DNA of 64,000 nt from Acidimicrobiia bacterium (lineage in GTDB: Bacteria > Actinomycetota > Acidimicrobiia > Spongiisociales > ZC4RG35): the NCBI GenBank assembly GCA_035544615.1, contig DATKEA010000044.1, positions 4,537-68,536 of the forward strand, read 5' to 3'. Position numbers and translations under genes: made by a program. Shown here piece after piece: positions 46,853 through 56,026 of the stretch. Position 1 is the stretch's first letter; the number at the start of each line of letters is the position of its first letter. A model generated the notes under the pieces. The model worked only from the letters and a program-made list of their open reading frames with translations. It was not told where the DNA came from and ran no database searches.

Positions 46853-48595
46853 ATGCGAACCGATCGAGCGAGCCGGCTGGGTCGGGCTGGCGGCGCAGTC
46901 ACGGCGATGGTCCTGGTCTTGGCCGCCTGCACTGGTAGCCAGAACGAGCCCGCTCAGACTTCGATTACCGAACCCCCCACAACCAGACCGGCTCCCACGA
47001 CGACCCCGACCACAGAAGCCAGATGCAGAGACGTCTTCTGCGTCGAGTACCACATCCATCCCGACGCAAGCTGGGCTGATCGCGTTCCGGTGACAGCCTC
47101 AGACTTTGTTTTCACCTTCGAGACGATCATCGATCCCGAACTCGACATCGACGATCGGGCAGGATACGAGAAGATCACCGGCTACGAGATTGTGGACGAC
47201 AAGACAGTGCTCTTCTCATTTTCGGAGGTTTATGGCGCCTGGCAAACCCTTTTCAGCCCTGTGCTTCCCCGCCATGAGTTGCTCGACGAGCCAATCAACA
47301 GCGTTTGGGACGAGGCGATAACGATGGGATCCGGGCCCTTCGAGTTCTCCGAGTGGATCGAAGCGGATCGCATCGTTTTGAGACGGAATCAGAACTATTG
47401 GTCGTCGACCGATCGATCCTCGGGAGCGGCGATCGGCGATGTCCAGGAGCTGCATTTTGTGTTCGTCGAAACCGGCGAGGCGATGGTCGAACGCTTAGCC
47501 GACGAGACCGTTGACGTCGTGGCCCCGGTACCGGAGCCGTCGATGATCCCCAGGCTCGAAGGGATGCAGGATGTGAACTTTGATGTGGCGGCTGGGACCC
47601 TGTCGGAGCTGATCCATTTCAACCACGACGACCCACTGCTCTCTCAGAAGTTCATTCGTCAGGCCATTGCACAGGCCATCGACCGCACCGCGATTGTCGA
47701 AGAGCTGGTGCGACCGATCGACCCGAACGCGCAGCCTCTCGGGAACGCGATCTCGGTTCAGGGCTCGTCCGCGTATGAGGATCACTTCAACAACGTCTAC
47801 CCATACAATCCAGTGGCCGCAGAACGACTCCTGGTCGAGAACGGTTGTCTCAGAGGCGAGGACGGCATCTACACCTGCGCCGGTCAGAGGCTCCTGTTCA
47901 GGTGGTCCACCACCGGAGCACAGGAGCATCGGGAGATCATCTTCGATCTTGCTCAACAAGACCTCGCCGAGATCGGCATCGAGGTCGTGCCCACATTCGC
48001 CCCGACTTCAGTGATCCTCTCCGTGCCGTACATCTACGGCGACTCGTCTGTGTGGCAAATGTTGAACGTGGCTCGGATCCACTATGCGGACGAATCGAAC
48101 GCTAACTCCACCTTCTATTGCGAAGGTGACTCTCCGGCAGGGTTCGGGTTCCTCAATTTCATCCGCTATTGCAACGAGCAGGTAGATGATCTTGTGAGGT
48201 CGACCGATTCGATCACCGACCAAACAGAGCGAAATAGCGTCTACAACCGGGCCGACGCCATCTATCTCGAGGACCTGGCAGTGGTTCCGCTCTACCAGCG
48301 ACCCTCGCTGCTCGCCTGGAATGCAGAGCTGAACGGTCCGGAGATCAACACCTCCACTGCGACGGACCTGTGGAATGTGAGTGCGTGGGCTGGCCAGGAG
48401 ATAGTCGCCGTCGGGATCGACCAGTCTCCCGCTTCTCTCCAGATCCTCGAACCGGATGGCTCGACCGGGGGCGGCCAGCAGGTCACGGCCATGGTGGTTG
48501 CGCCCATTCTCGAAGGCGCATTCGCACTCAACCCGAGATTTGAGTACGTGCCAATCCTGGTGGAGAGCGCCGACTTGATCTTTCGGGACGGTTGA
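46853..48595 (+). CDS. ABC transporter substrate-binding lipoprotein, family 5, orphan (no adjacent permeases)
   Basis: ATG at 46853. Lipobox LVLAAC and a Thr/Pro linker. Shares the family-5 layout with the SBP at 37854. Confidence 0.75.
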   Translation: MRTDRASRLGRAGGAVTAMVLVLAACTGSQNEPAQTSITEPPTTRPAPTTTPTTEARCRDVFCVEYHIHPDASWADRVPVTASDFVFTFETIIDPELDIDDRAGYEKITGYEIVDDKTVLFSFSEVYGAWQTLFSPVLPRHELLDEPINSVWDEAITMGSGPFEFSEWIEADRIVLRRNQNYWSSTDRSSGAAIGDVQELHFVFVETGEAMVERLADETVDVVAPVPEPSMIPRLEGMQDVNFDVAAGTLSELIHFNHDDPLLSQKFIRQAIAQAIDRTAIVEELVRPIDPNAQPLGNAISVQGSSAYEDHFNNVYPYNPVAAERLLVENGCLRGEDGIYTCAGQRLLFRWSTTGAQEHREIIFDLAQQDLAEIGIEVVPTFAPTSVILSVPYIYGDSSVWQMLNVARIHYADESNANSTFYCEGDSPAGFGFLNFIRYCNEQVDDLVRSTDSITDQTERNSVYNRADAIYLEDLAVVPLYQRPSLLAWNAELNGPEINTSTATDLWNVSAWAGQEIVAVGIDQSPASLQILEPDGSTGGGQQVTAMVVAPILEGAFALNPRFEYVPILVESADLIFRDG

Positions 48596-48692
48596 ACATC
48601 GCCGTTGATGGCTATCTCCCCCTCGGTCTTACCAATGACGAAACAAGTAAGCTCCGCCAGGTGGGAGCAGTGGCGTGAGACCCGGAGGAGCG

Positions 48693-50534
48693 ATGACCCA
48701 AGAAGCGATACTGGCGGAGCGAGCCGCAATAGACGCGGAGGTAGAGGGCAAGACAATTGTCGACTATCTCAACCGGAACGTCGACAGGTACGGGGACCAG
48801 GCAGCCATCCACTTCAAGAACGGTGGCGACTGGAGCCATCTGAATTGGCGTAACTATCGCCAGGTGATCCACGAGGCCGCGGCCGGTCTTCAGGACCTTG
48901 GGGTCGGAGACGGCGAATTCGTCGCCATCATGGCCGGGAATCGGCCGGAGCACGCCATAGCCGACTACGCCGCCATCCACGCCGGGGCGACAGCTGTGAC
49001 CATCTACTCCACTCTCGCCGCCAGCCAGATCCAGTACATCGCGAGCAACTGCAAGGCAACCGTGGCCGTGCTCGAGGACCTCGAGTTCATGAAGCGTTGG
49101 GAGGAGATTCGCTCCGAGCTGCCCAACCTCCGTTATGTGGTCCTCCTCTCCGGCGCCGAGAACTACGACACTGCAGACTGGGTGCTGAGCTGGGATCAGC
49201 TCATCGCAAGGGGCAAGGGTCGTCTCTCCTCGGATCCGGAGAGTGTCACCAGGACGGCAGGCGCTCTCTCACCGGAGACCCTCGCCACACTGATCTACAC
49301 CTCAGGCACCACAGGGACACCCAAGGGAGTGATGATCAGCCATCGGAATGTGGTCTGGACCGCCGAGTGCCTGCGTCGGGCGGCGGACATCGACATCGGT
49401 CCCCGCATGGTCTCCTATCTTCCGCTGGCCCATATCGCCGAGCGGCTCGCAACTCATTATCTGGCCACCTACATGGCGGGCCAGGTTTGGTATTGCCCCA
49501 GCCTCGCCGGCGTCCTCGAGTACATCCTCGAGGCGCGCCCGACCTTGTTCGTTGGTGTCCCCAGGGTCTACGAGAAGTTTCACGCCAGGCTCAACAGCCG
49601 TTTCGCCGAGACCCATGGGATCAAGAAGAGACTGCTCGATATGGCCCTGGCTGCCAACGAGAAGAGGGTCCTGGCCGAGCAATCGGGAAAGTCGGGCCCC
49701 ATGCTCGCCGGTGTCCTCGACTCGGTGGTCCTGTCCAAGGTGCGCGAGGGTCTCGGGATGGACCAGGTGGAGATCGCCATCACCGCCGCGGCTCCGATAA
49801 GCCCCGATTTGATCCTGTTTTTCCAGACTCTCGGCATCCCGCTCTTCGAGCTGTACGGGTTGTCGGAGACCACAGGCCCGGCCACCACCAATGTGCCCGG
49901 GGTCTTCCGGATCGGATCGGTGGGTAAGGCCCTTCCCGGGGTGGAAGTGGAGCTGGCCGACGACGACGAGCTCTTGATCAGAGGGGGAGTGATCACCGAT
50001 GGCTACTACAAGCTCCCCGACGACACCAAGGAGTCCTTTGACAGCGAAGGCTGGCTTCACACCGGTGACCTGGCCCGGGTCGACGAAGACGACTACGTCT
50101 GGATCGTCGGGCGAAAGAAGGAGATCATCATCACGGCCGGTGGCAAGAACGTCGCCCCTGCCAAGCTCGAGACTGCTCTCGGCAATCATCCGCTGATCTC
50201 CAAGGCCTGCATGATTGGGGACGGTCGAAAGTTCCTTTCCATGCTCATCGCCATCGACCATGAAGAGGCGCCGGCTTGGGCCCAATCCAACGGTCTCGAG
50301 TACCTCGACCTGGCCTCGTTCTCCCAGCTCCCGGAGGTGAAGGCCGAGATCGAGCGAGCCGTCAAGGAAATCAATGAGACTGTGTCCCCGGTGGAACAGG
50401 TCAAGAAGTGGATCATCGTCCCTGACGAGTGGACTCCTGACAGCGGTGAGGTGACACCGTCACTCAAGCTCAAGAGGCGGGTTGTCGTCGACAAGTACGC
50501 CGACGAGATAGAACGTCTGTATGTAGGGGTCTGA
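48693..50534 (+). CDS. long-chain fatty-acid-CoA ligase (AMP-dependent synthetase)
   Basis: ATG at 48693 after GGAGGAG. YTSGTTGTPKGV, LYGLSET, GWLHTGD and TPSLKLKR. Confidence 0.85.
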   Translation: MTQEAILAERAAIDAEVEGKTIVDYLNRNVDRYGDQAAIHFKNGGDWSHLNWRNYRQVIHEAAAGLQDLGVGDGEFVAIMAGNRPEHAIADYAAIHAGATAVTIYSTLAASQIQYIASNCKATVAVLEDLEFMKRWEEIRSELPNLRYVVLLSGAENYDTADWVLSWDQLIARGKGRLSSDPESVTRTAGALSPETLATLIYTSGTTGTPKGVMISHRNVVWTAECLRRAADIDIGPRMVSYLPLAHIAERLATHYLATYMAGQVWYCPSLAGVLEYILEARPTLFVGVPRVYEKFHARLNSRFAETHGIKKRLLDMALAANEKRVLAEQSGKSGPMLAGVLDSVVLSKVREGLGMDQVEIAITAAAPISPDLILFFQTLGIPLFELYGLSETTGPATTNVPGVFRIGSVGKALPGVEVELADDDELLIRGGVITDGYYKLPDDTKESFDSEGWLHTGDLARVDEDDYVWIVGRKKEIIITAGGKNVAPAKLETALGNHPLISKACMIGDGRKFLSMLIAIDHEEAPAWAQSNGLEYLDLASFSQLPEVKAEIERAVKEINETVSPVEQVKKWIIVPDEWTPDSGEVTPSLKLKRRVVVDKYADEIERLYVGV

Positions 50535-50556
50535 GAGCCGCCGCGGGCGGGTCGAT

Positions 50557-51705
50557 ATGCTGAGAGACCTATTCGACACCGATCACGAGCTGTTTCGATC
50601 GTCGGTTCGTGACTTCGTGGAACGGGAGGTCAGCCCCAACGTCGCCAAATGGGAGGCAGAGGGCAAGGTCGACAAGGACATGTTCCGCAGTGCGGGCGAA
50701 GCCGGGTTTCTCGGGATGGCGATCCCCGAAGAGTACGGCGGCGGAGGAGTGGTCGACTTTCGATTCAACGTGGTGATCATCGAGGAGCTGATGAGGGGTG
50801 ACGCCATGGCATCGGGTATCTGCATCACCTTGCACAACGACGTGTGTCTCCCTTACTTCCTCGATCTCGCCGATCACCAGCAGAAGCAAAGATGGTTTCC
50901 CGGTCTGGCCTCCGGTGAGCTGATGTCGGCGATAGCGATGACCGAGCCAGGAGCGGGGTCCGACCTCGCCGGGATCAAGACGACCGCAGTCCGCGACGGC
51001 GATGTCTATGTGGTCAATGGTTCGAAGACCTTCATCACCAACGGGATCAACTCCGACGTCGTGATCACTGCTGTCAAGACCGATCCGAACCAGGCTCACA
51101 CGGGGATGAGCCTGCTCGTGATCGAAGACGGGATGCATGGTTTCACCCGGGGCCGGAACCTGGACAAGATCGGCCTCCATGCTCAGGACACCGCCGAGCT
51201 GTTCTTCGACGAGGTTCGGGTGCCCGTGGCCAACCGTCTCGGTGAAGAAGGGATGGGCTTCAGCTATCTGGTGGAGCGGCTTCCCCAGGAGCGTTTGGGT
51301 CTGGCGGCGGCATCTGTCGCTCATGCCGAAGTCGCCTTTGGCTGGACTCTCGAGTACATAAAGGAGCGTGAGGCGTTCGGCCAGCCAATCGGCGCCTTTC
51401 AGACCGTCAAGCATCTCATGGCCGAGATGAGAACCGAGCTCGACATTGCCCAGAGCTACGTCGACAGGCAGATCGAGGCCCTGAACCGAGGGGACCTGAG
51501 CGCCGACGACGCCGCCAAGGCGAAGTGGTGGGTGACCGAGCTCGAGAAGCGGGTCATCGACAACTGTCTCCAGCTTTTCGGTGGGTGGGGATACATGGAG
51601 GAGTACCCAATCGCAAAGGCATACCGAGACGCTCGGGTGCAGACGATCTATGGGGGAACGACCGAGATCATGAAAGAGATAATCGGGCGGTCGCTGGGTC
51701 TATGA
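50557..51705 (+). CDS. acyl-CoA dehydrogenase
   Basis: 382 aa. MTEPGAGSD, FITNG, and C-terminal IYGGTTEIMKEIIGR. Confidence 0.9.
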   Translation: MLRDLFDTDHELFRSSVRDFVEREVSPNVAKWEAEGKVDKDMFRSAGEAGFLGMAIPEEYGGGGVVDFRFNVVIIEELMRGDAMASGICITLHNDVCLPYFLDLADHQQKQRWFPGLASGELMSAIAMTEPGAGSDLAGIKTTAVRDGDVYVVNGSKTFITNGINSDVVITAVKTDPNQAHTGMSLLVIEDGMHGFTRGRNLDKIGLHAQDTAELFFDEVRVPVANRLGEEGMGFSYLVERLPQERLGLAAASVAHAEVAFGWTLEYIKEREAFGQPIGAFQTVKHLMAEMRTELDIAQSYVDRQIEALNRGDLSADDAAKAKWWVTELEKRVIDNCLQLFGGWGYMEEYPIAKAYRDARVQTIYGGTTEIMKEIIGRSLGL

Positions 51706-51723
51706 CGAGAGGAAACAAGCAGA

Positions 51724-52632
51724 GTGAGTGAGCCAATCACGTTCGACGGGCGGGTCGCGGTCATCACCGGAGCCGGCGGTGGCCTCGGCAAGGAGTACGC
51801 CCTGGAGCTGGCGCGCCGTGGAGCAAGGGTCGTGGTCAACGACCTGGGCGGCGCCGTGGACGGAAGCGGGTCGTCGCAGGGTGCGGCCGACGTCGTCGTG
51901 GACGAGATCCGGGAGTCAGGTGGAGAGGCGGTCGCCAGCTATGACTCGGTGGCGACTCGTGACGGGGGTGCGGCCATCGTTCAGACCGCCGTCGATTCGT
52001 TCGGAGCGGTTGACATCGTCATCAACAACGCAGGCATCTTGCGTGACAAGTCCTTCGCCAACATGACCCTCGACGAGGTTGAGGCGGTGCTCGACGTGCA
52101 TTTGAAGGGAGCCTTCTTCGTGTCCCATCCGGCGTTCCAGATGATGAAAGAACGGGGATACGGGCGATTCGTCCACACCAGCTCGGCGTCGGGTCTCTTT
52201 GGCAACTTCGGCCAGGCCAACTACGGCGCGGCCAAAGCAGGTCTGGTCGGTCTCTCCAATGTGCTCGCCATCGAAGGGGCGAAATACAACATCAAGTCGA
52301 ATGCGGTGGCCCCGACAGCCCGTACCCGGATGACCGAGGACATCCTTGGCCCGTTCGCTGACATGTTCGACCCACACCAGGTGATGCCGATGGTGGTCTA
52401 TCTGTGCTCCGAGCAGAACGAGTACACCCACGAGGTCTTCAGCGTGGGTGGCGGTCGATACGCCAGGGTGTTCATCGGCACCAACACAGGATGGTTCGCC
52501 GGTCAGGGCGTGGTACCCAGTGTCGAGCAACTCTCCGAGCATCTCGACGAAGTGAGGGACATCTCCGAATACACAGTGCCGTTGAACAACAACGACGAGC
52601 TGATGATCCTTGAACAGCTGGCGGCGGGTTGA
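51724..52632 (+). CDS. SDR 3-hydroxyacyl-CoA dehydrogenase resembling the N-terminal domain of multifunctional enzyme type 2
   Basis: 302 aa, GTG start. FDGRVAVITGAGGGLG, VVVNDLGG, NNAGILRD, and SSASGLFGNFGQANYGAAK. Confidence 0.85.
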   Translation: MSEPITFDGRVAVITGAGGGLGKEYALELARRGARVVVNDLGGAVDGSGSSQGAADVVVDEIRESGGEAVASYDSVATRDGGAAIVQTAVDSFGAVDIVINNAGILRDKSFANMTLDEVEAVLDVHLKGAFFVSHPAFQMMKERGYGRFVHTSSASGLFGNFGQANYGAAKAGLVGLSNVLAIEGAKYNIKSNAVAPTARTRMTEDILGPFADMFDPHQVMPMVVYLCSEQNEYTHEVFSVGGGRYARVFIGTNTGWFAGQGVVPSVEQLSEHLDEVRDISEYTVPLNNNDELMILEQLAAG

Positions 52633-52635
52633 GCT

Positions 52636-53493
52636 GTGCCAATCGACTTGTCCAAGGCGGTGGGCGCCGAACTGCCCTCGACCGAGTACAGCTGGTCGGA
52701 TGACGACCTGATCCTCTATCACCTCGGGATCGGTGCGGGAAACCCGCCGACTGACCCTGGCGAGCTACGTTATGTGTACGAGGGAGACCTCCATGTCCTA
52801 CCCACGTATGCCACGATCCCCCAGTTCTCGATGATGATGAGCATGGCCATGATCGACGGGTTCGAGATCAACCTGGCTCAAGTCCTCCACGGCGAGCACG
52901 AAATCGTGCTCCACACCCCTATTCCCACCAGCGGCACGGTCACCCAAACCGGGCGGGTCACCGACGTGTTCGACAAGGGCAAGGGCGCCCTTGCTGTGAC
53001 GGAGATCGTTTCGGTCCTCGCGAAGACCGGTGAGCCGGTGTTCACCAACCGTGCCTCGATCTTCATCCGCGGCGAAGGGGGTTTCGGGGGTGATCCCGGC
53101 CCGGTTACCACGAGAGAGCCCCCCAATCGGGAACCCGACCAGATCGTGGAGTCGCCGACCCTCCCCCAACAGGCGCTGCTCTACCGCATGGCCTCGGGCG
53201 ACAAGAACCCGCTTCACGTCGATCCGGGGTTTGCCGCGTTCGGTGGTTTCGAAAGACCCATCCTCCACGGGCTGTGCACCTATGGAATGGTGACAAAGGC
53301 CGCGGTTGACCATGCACTCGATGCCGCACCTGAACGTGTCGCCTCCTTTGCGGCCCGGTTCTCCGGGGTTGTCTTTCCTGGTGAGACCATCGTCACCAGC
53401 ATCTGGGACGAAGGGGATCACCTGGAATTGACGGCGGAGTCGAAAGACCGGGGGGTACCGGTGCTTTCCTGCGGGGTGATGGTCAGGCGTTGA
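52636..53493 (+). CDS. MaoC-like (R)-specific enoyl-CoA hydratase, double hot-dog
   Basis: 285 aa. YRMASGDKNPLHVDP and ILHGLCTYG in the C-terminal half. Confidence 0.8.
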   Translation: MPIDLSKAVGAELPSTEYSWSDDDLILYHLGIGAGNPPTDPGELRYVYEGDLHVLPTYATIPQFSMMMSMAMIDGFEINLAQVLHGEHEIVLHTPIPTSGTVTQTGRVTDVFDKGKGALAVTEIVSVLAKTGEPVFTNRASIFIRGEGGFGGDPGPVTTREPPNREPDQIVESPTLPQQALLYRMASGDKNPLHVDPGFAAFGGFERPILHGLCTYGMVTKAAVDHALDAAPERVASFAARFSGVVFPGETIVTSIWDEGDHLELTAESKDRGVPVLSCGVMVRR

Positions 53494-54325
53494 TCTCCAC
53501 CGGGGTGCCGAGCGGGATCAGCCGGTGCAACTCCGCGATGACCTCGTTGGGGACCCGGACACAGCCCAGAGACGCTGCGTTCCCGATCGACCCCGGCTTG
53601 TTGGTGCCATGGATGCCGATGATGCCATCGCCGCCGTTGAATTCGGTGATGGTGTCGGATCGGCCTGAGAGGCCCAAGGCGTGAGGTCCCCACGGGCTGT
53701 TGGGGTCGGCCAGAGTCACGTTGTCGGTGACGAAGAACGACCCGGGCGGGGTCGGGTTGCGCTCGGTGCCTATCGCCACCGTGGTGGTGACGATCTCCTC
53801 TCCCTGCTCGTAATAGGTCAGCGTCCGTTCTGACAGTTCCACCACGAGATGCCCGTGCACCACATAGAGCAGCATTTCGTCGGCCTTCACCCAGCCTTCC
53901 GAGCCATTGGGACGGATCGGGAGCATCACCCGCGCCCATCCTTCGTCGGGCCCCTCCAATACTGCGAGCACAGTGGGGCTCCCGATGATGGTGGTCGGCT
54001 CGAGAGCAAGGAGCGGCTCGGTGTCGCCTGGCTCGGCGTAGACGTCGACTTCCATGTCGGCCTCCGTGCGGAGGACAAGGGTGGCCCCATTTGGCAGGGT
54101 CTCGGCCTCGAAGCCCTCGTAAGGAGCCGGCAGAGTGGTGGTGGTGGTGGTGGTAGGAGTGGTCGACGTCGTCGGCGACGCGGCCAGAACCACGGCAGGT
54201 GGTTCTGTGGCCTGACCGCCGCAGCTGGCAACAACGAGGCACAGGGCAATTGCTGAGGTAAGTCGACGCACTCTGACAAGATTATCGGCGGGTCCAGCCT
54301 TAACTGTCGGTCTGTCTGGGCTCAT
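53483..54325 (-). CDS. L,D-transpeptidase (YkuD) lipoprotein
   Basis: 280 aa. Lipobox VVASC, poly-Thr linker, catalytic HGTNKPGSIGNAASLGCVRV. Confidence 0.85.
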   Translation of the reverse strand: MSPDRPTVKAGPADNLVRVRRLTSAIALCLVVASCGGQATEPPAVVLAASPTTSTTPTTTTTTTLPAPYEGFEAETLPNGATLVLRTEADMEVDVYAEPGDTEPLLALEPTTIIGSPTVLAVLEGPDEGWARVMLPIRPNGSEGWVKADEMLLYVVHGHLVVELSERTLTYYEQGEEIVTTTVAIGTERNPTPPGSFFVTDNVTLADPNSPWGPHALGLSGRSDTITEFNGGDGIIGIHGTNKPGSIGNAASLGCVRVPNEVIAELHRLIPLGTPVEINA

Positions 54326-54344
54326 GCCCTAACCTCCCTCGGCG

Positions 54345-55325
54345 ATGCCCAAGTTGTTCGTAAGCGACGTGATCCCGGCTGACATCCTGGAGCCTCTCGA
54401 CAAGATTGCGGATGTGGACATGTGGCAGGGGCCCGGATATGTCCCCCGGGCCATCCTGTTGAGCAGACTCGCCGGGTGTCAGGGGTGGTTGTCGATGCTC
54501 AGTGACACCATCGACGCCGAATTGCTCGACGCGGCCCTCGATCTGTCTGTGATCTCACAGATGTCGGTGGGAGTGGACAACATCGACGTCGACGCCTGCA
54601 CCAGGCGGGGGGTGGTCATCGGCCACACCCCCGACGTCCTGACCGAAACGGTGGCGGACACTGCTTTCGCCCTGATGGCGGCGATAGTGAGACGGCTTCC
54701 CGAGGGCGAGAGAATCGTGAAGGACGGTCTGTGGGCGCCCTGGGACCCGTGGACCTTCCTGGGGAGCGATCTGTATCGCTCATCCCTCGGCATCATCGGC
54801 ATGGGTCGGATCGGACGGGCTATCGCTCGTCGCGCCTCGGGCTTCGAGATGAGTGTCCGATACACCTCGAGATCGGACAAGGACGTGCCCGGGACCACGA
54901 GAGTGGCTCTCGACGACCTGCTGGCCGGCTCTGACGTGGTCATCGTCGCCGCCCCGTTGAGCTCGGAGACCAGGGGAATGATCGGTGCCGCCGAGTTGGG
55001 GAAGATGCGCGACGATGCCTATCTCGTCAATATCGCCCGTGGGCCACTGGTTGACACCGCAGCCCTGGTCGAGGCGCTCGCCGCCGGCTCGATCGGTGGC
55101 GCTGCCCTCGACGTGACCGATCCCGAGCCACTACCACCCGATCATCCACTCCTCGGCTTTCCCAATTGCCTGGTCGTGCCTCACATCGGAAGTGCCTCGG
55201 TGCGGGCCAGGCGGGCGATGGCGCAGCTCGCCGTTGACAACCTGGCGGCCGCTTTGCGTGGGGAGCCGATGCCCGCGCCCCTCGAGGTCGGATCAGTTCG
55301 GGAACACGACCAGCAGGCAACCTGA
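54345..55325 (+). CDS. D-isomer-specific 2-hydroxyacid dehydrogenase (glyoxylate/hydroxypyruvate reductase-like)
   Basis: 326 aa. GIIGMGRIGRAIARR, NIARG and PHIGSAS. Confidence 0.8.
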   Translation: MPKLFVSDVIPADILEPLDKIADVDMWQGPGYVPRAILLSRLAGCQGWLSMLSDTIDAELLDAALDLSVISQMSVGVDNIDVDACTRRGVVIGHTPDVLTETVADTAFALMAAIVRRLPEGERIVKDGLWAPWDPWTFLGSDLYRSSLGIIGMGRIGRAIARRASGFEMSVRYTSRSDKDVPGTTRVALDDLLAGSDVVIVAAPLSSETRGMIGAAELGKMRDDAYLVNIARGPLVDTAALVEALAAGSIGGAALDVTDPEPLPPDHPLLGFPNCLVVPHIGSASVRARRAMAQLAVDNLAAALRGEPMPAPLEVGSVREHDQQAT

Positions 55326-55916
55326 TTCGATCCTGATCTCGGCGAAGGGAGCTTTCATCACGTTGCTCACTCCGAGGGTCGAGCCAGGTTCGAGGTCTTC
55401 ACCCCCGAGCTCCCATTGCAACCCGCTGGTAGCGACACCGGCGACGACGCCTCCGATCGGGATCAAAGAGACTGTCGCCCCGACGTCTCCGTGGAGGATC
55501 CGGCGGCGACGGAGGACATGAGCCCACCCCCGGGAAGAGACCCAGTCGATCTCGTCGACACCCGCCCATCGACGGGCGCAGAGCAGGCCCGAGGTGGCTA
55601 CTTCGTGGTCGAATCGGCCACCGGTGCCCCCGACGACCACGATGCGGGCGGGATCCTCTCGTAGGGCGAGGTCCAATGCCAGGGCGAGATCGGTCTGGTC
55701 CTTGTCGGTGGGGTGGCGTTCGATCCTGACTTGTTCCGGGATGTCCACATCACTTATCGAGTCCATGTCCCCGACCAGCACGTCGACCCGGTAGCCGAGG
55801 TGCCGGGCCAGGTCATACCCGCTATCGGCGGCTACCACCAGCTCCGCGGCCGGCAGCTCCTCGGCAAGATCGGGGTGGGGCATTTCCCCTCCGGCGAAGA
55901 TGAGCATCGTGTCCAT
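55293..55916 (-). CDS. thiN: thiamine pyrophosphokinase
   Basis: 207 aa. GDMDS, KDQTD and GGTGGRFDH motifs. Confidence 0.8.
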   Translation of the reverse strand: MDTMLIFAGGEMPHPDLAEELPAAELVVAADSGYDLARHLGYRVDVLVGDMDSISDVDIPEQVRIERHPTDKDQTDLALALDLALREDPARIVVVGGTGGRFDHEVATSGLLCARRWAGVDEIDWVSSRGWAHVLRRRRILHGDVGATVSLIPIGGVVAGVATSGLQWELGGEDLEPGSTLGVSNVMKAPFAEIRIESGCLLVVFPN

Positions 55917-56026
55917 AATGACAAAATCGTCTTACGCGCCGAATGCGGGTAAGATCTCACCCTCTAGTTGAGGTTTAAGGTTGCCAGGCCAAGTGATTGC
56001 TGGCAAAAGGGGGCTACCGTCACCGA

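Noticed and set aside
55917-56026. A possible TPP riboswitch upstream of thiamine pyrophosphokinase.
   Set aside because: On the coding (minus) strand I could find neither the CUGAGA element nor the ACCUGAUCUGGAUAAUGCCAGCG-type element.
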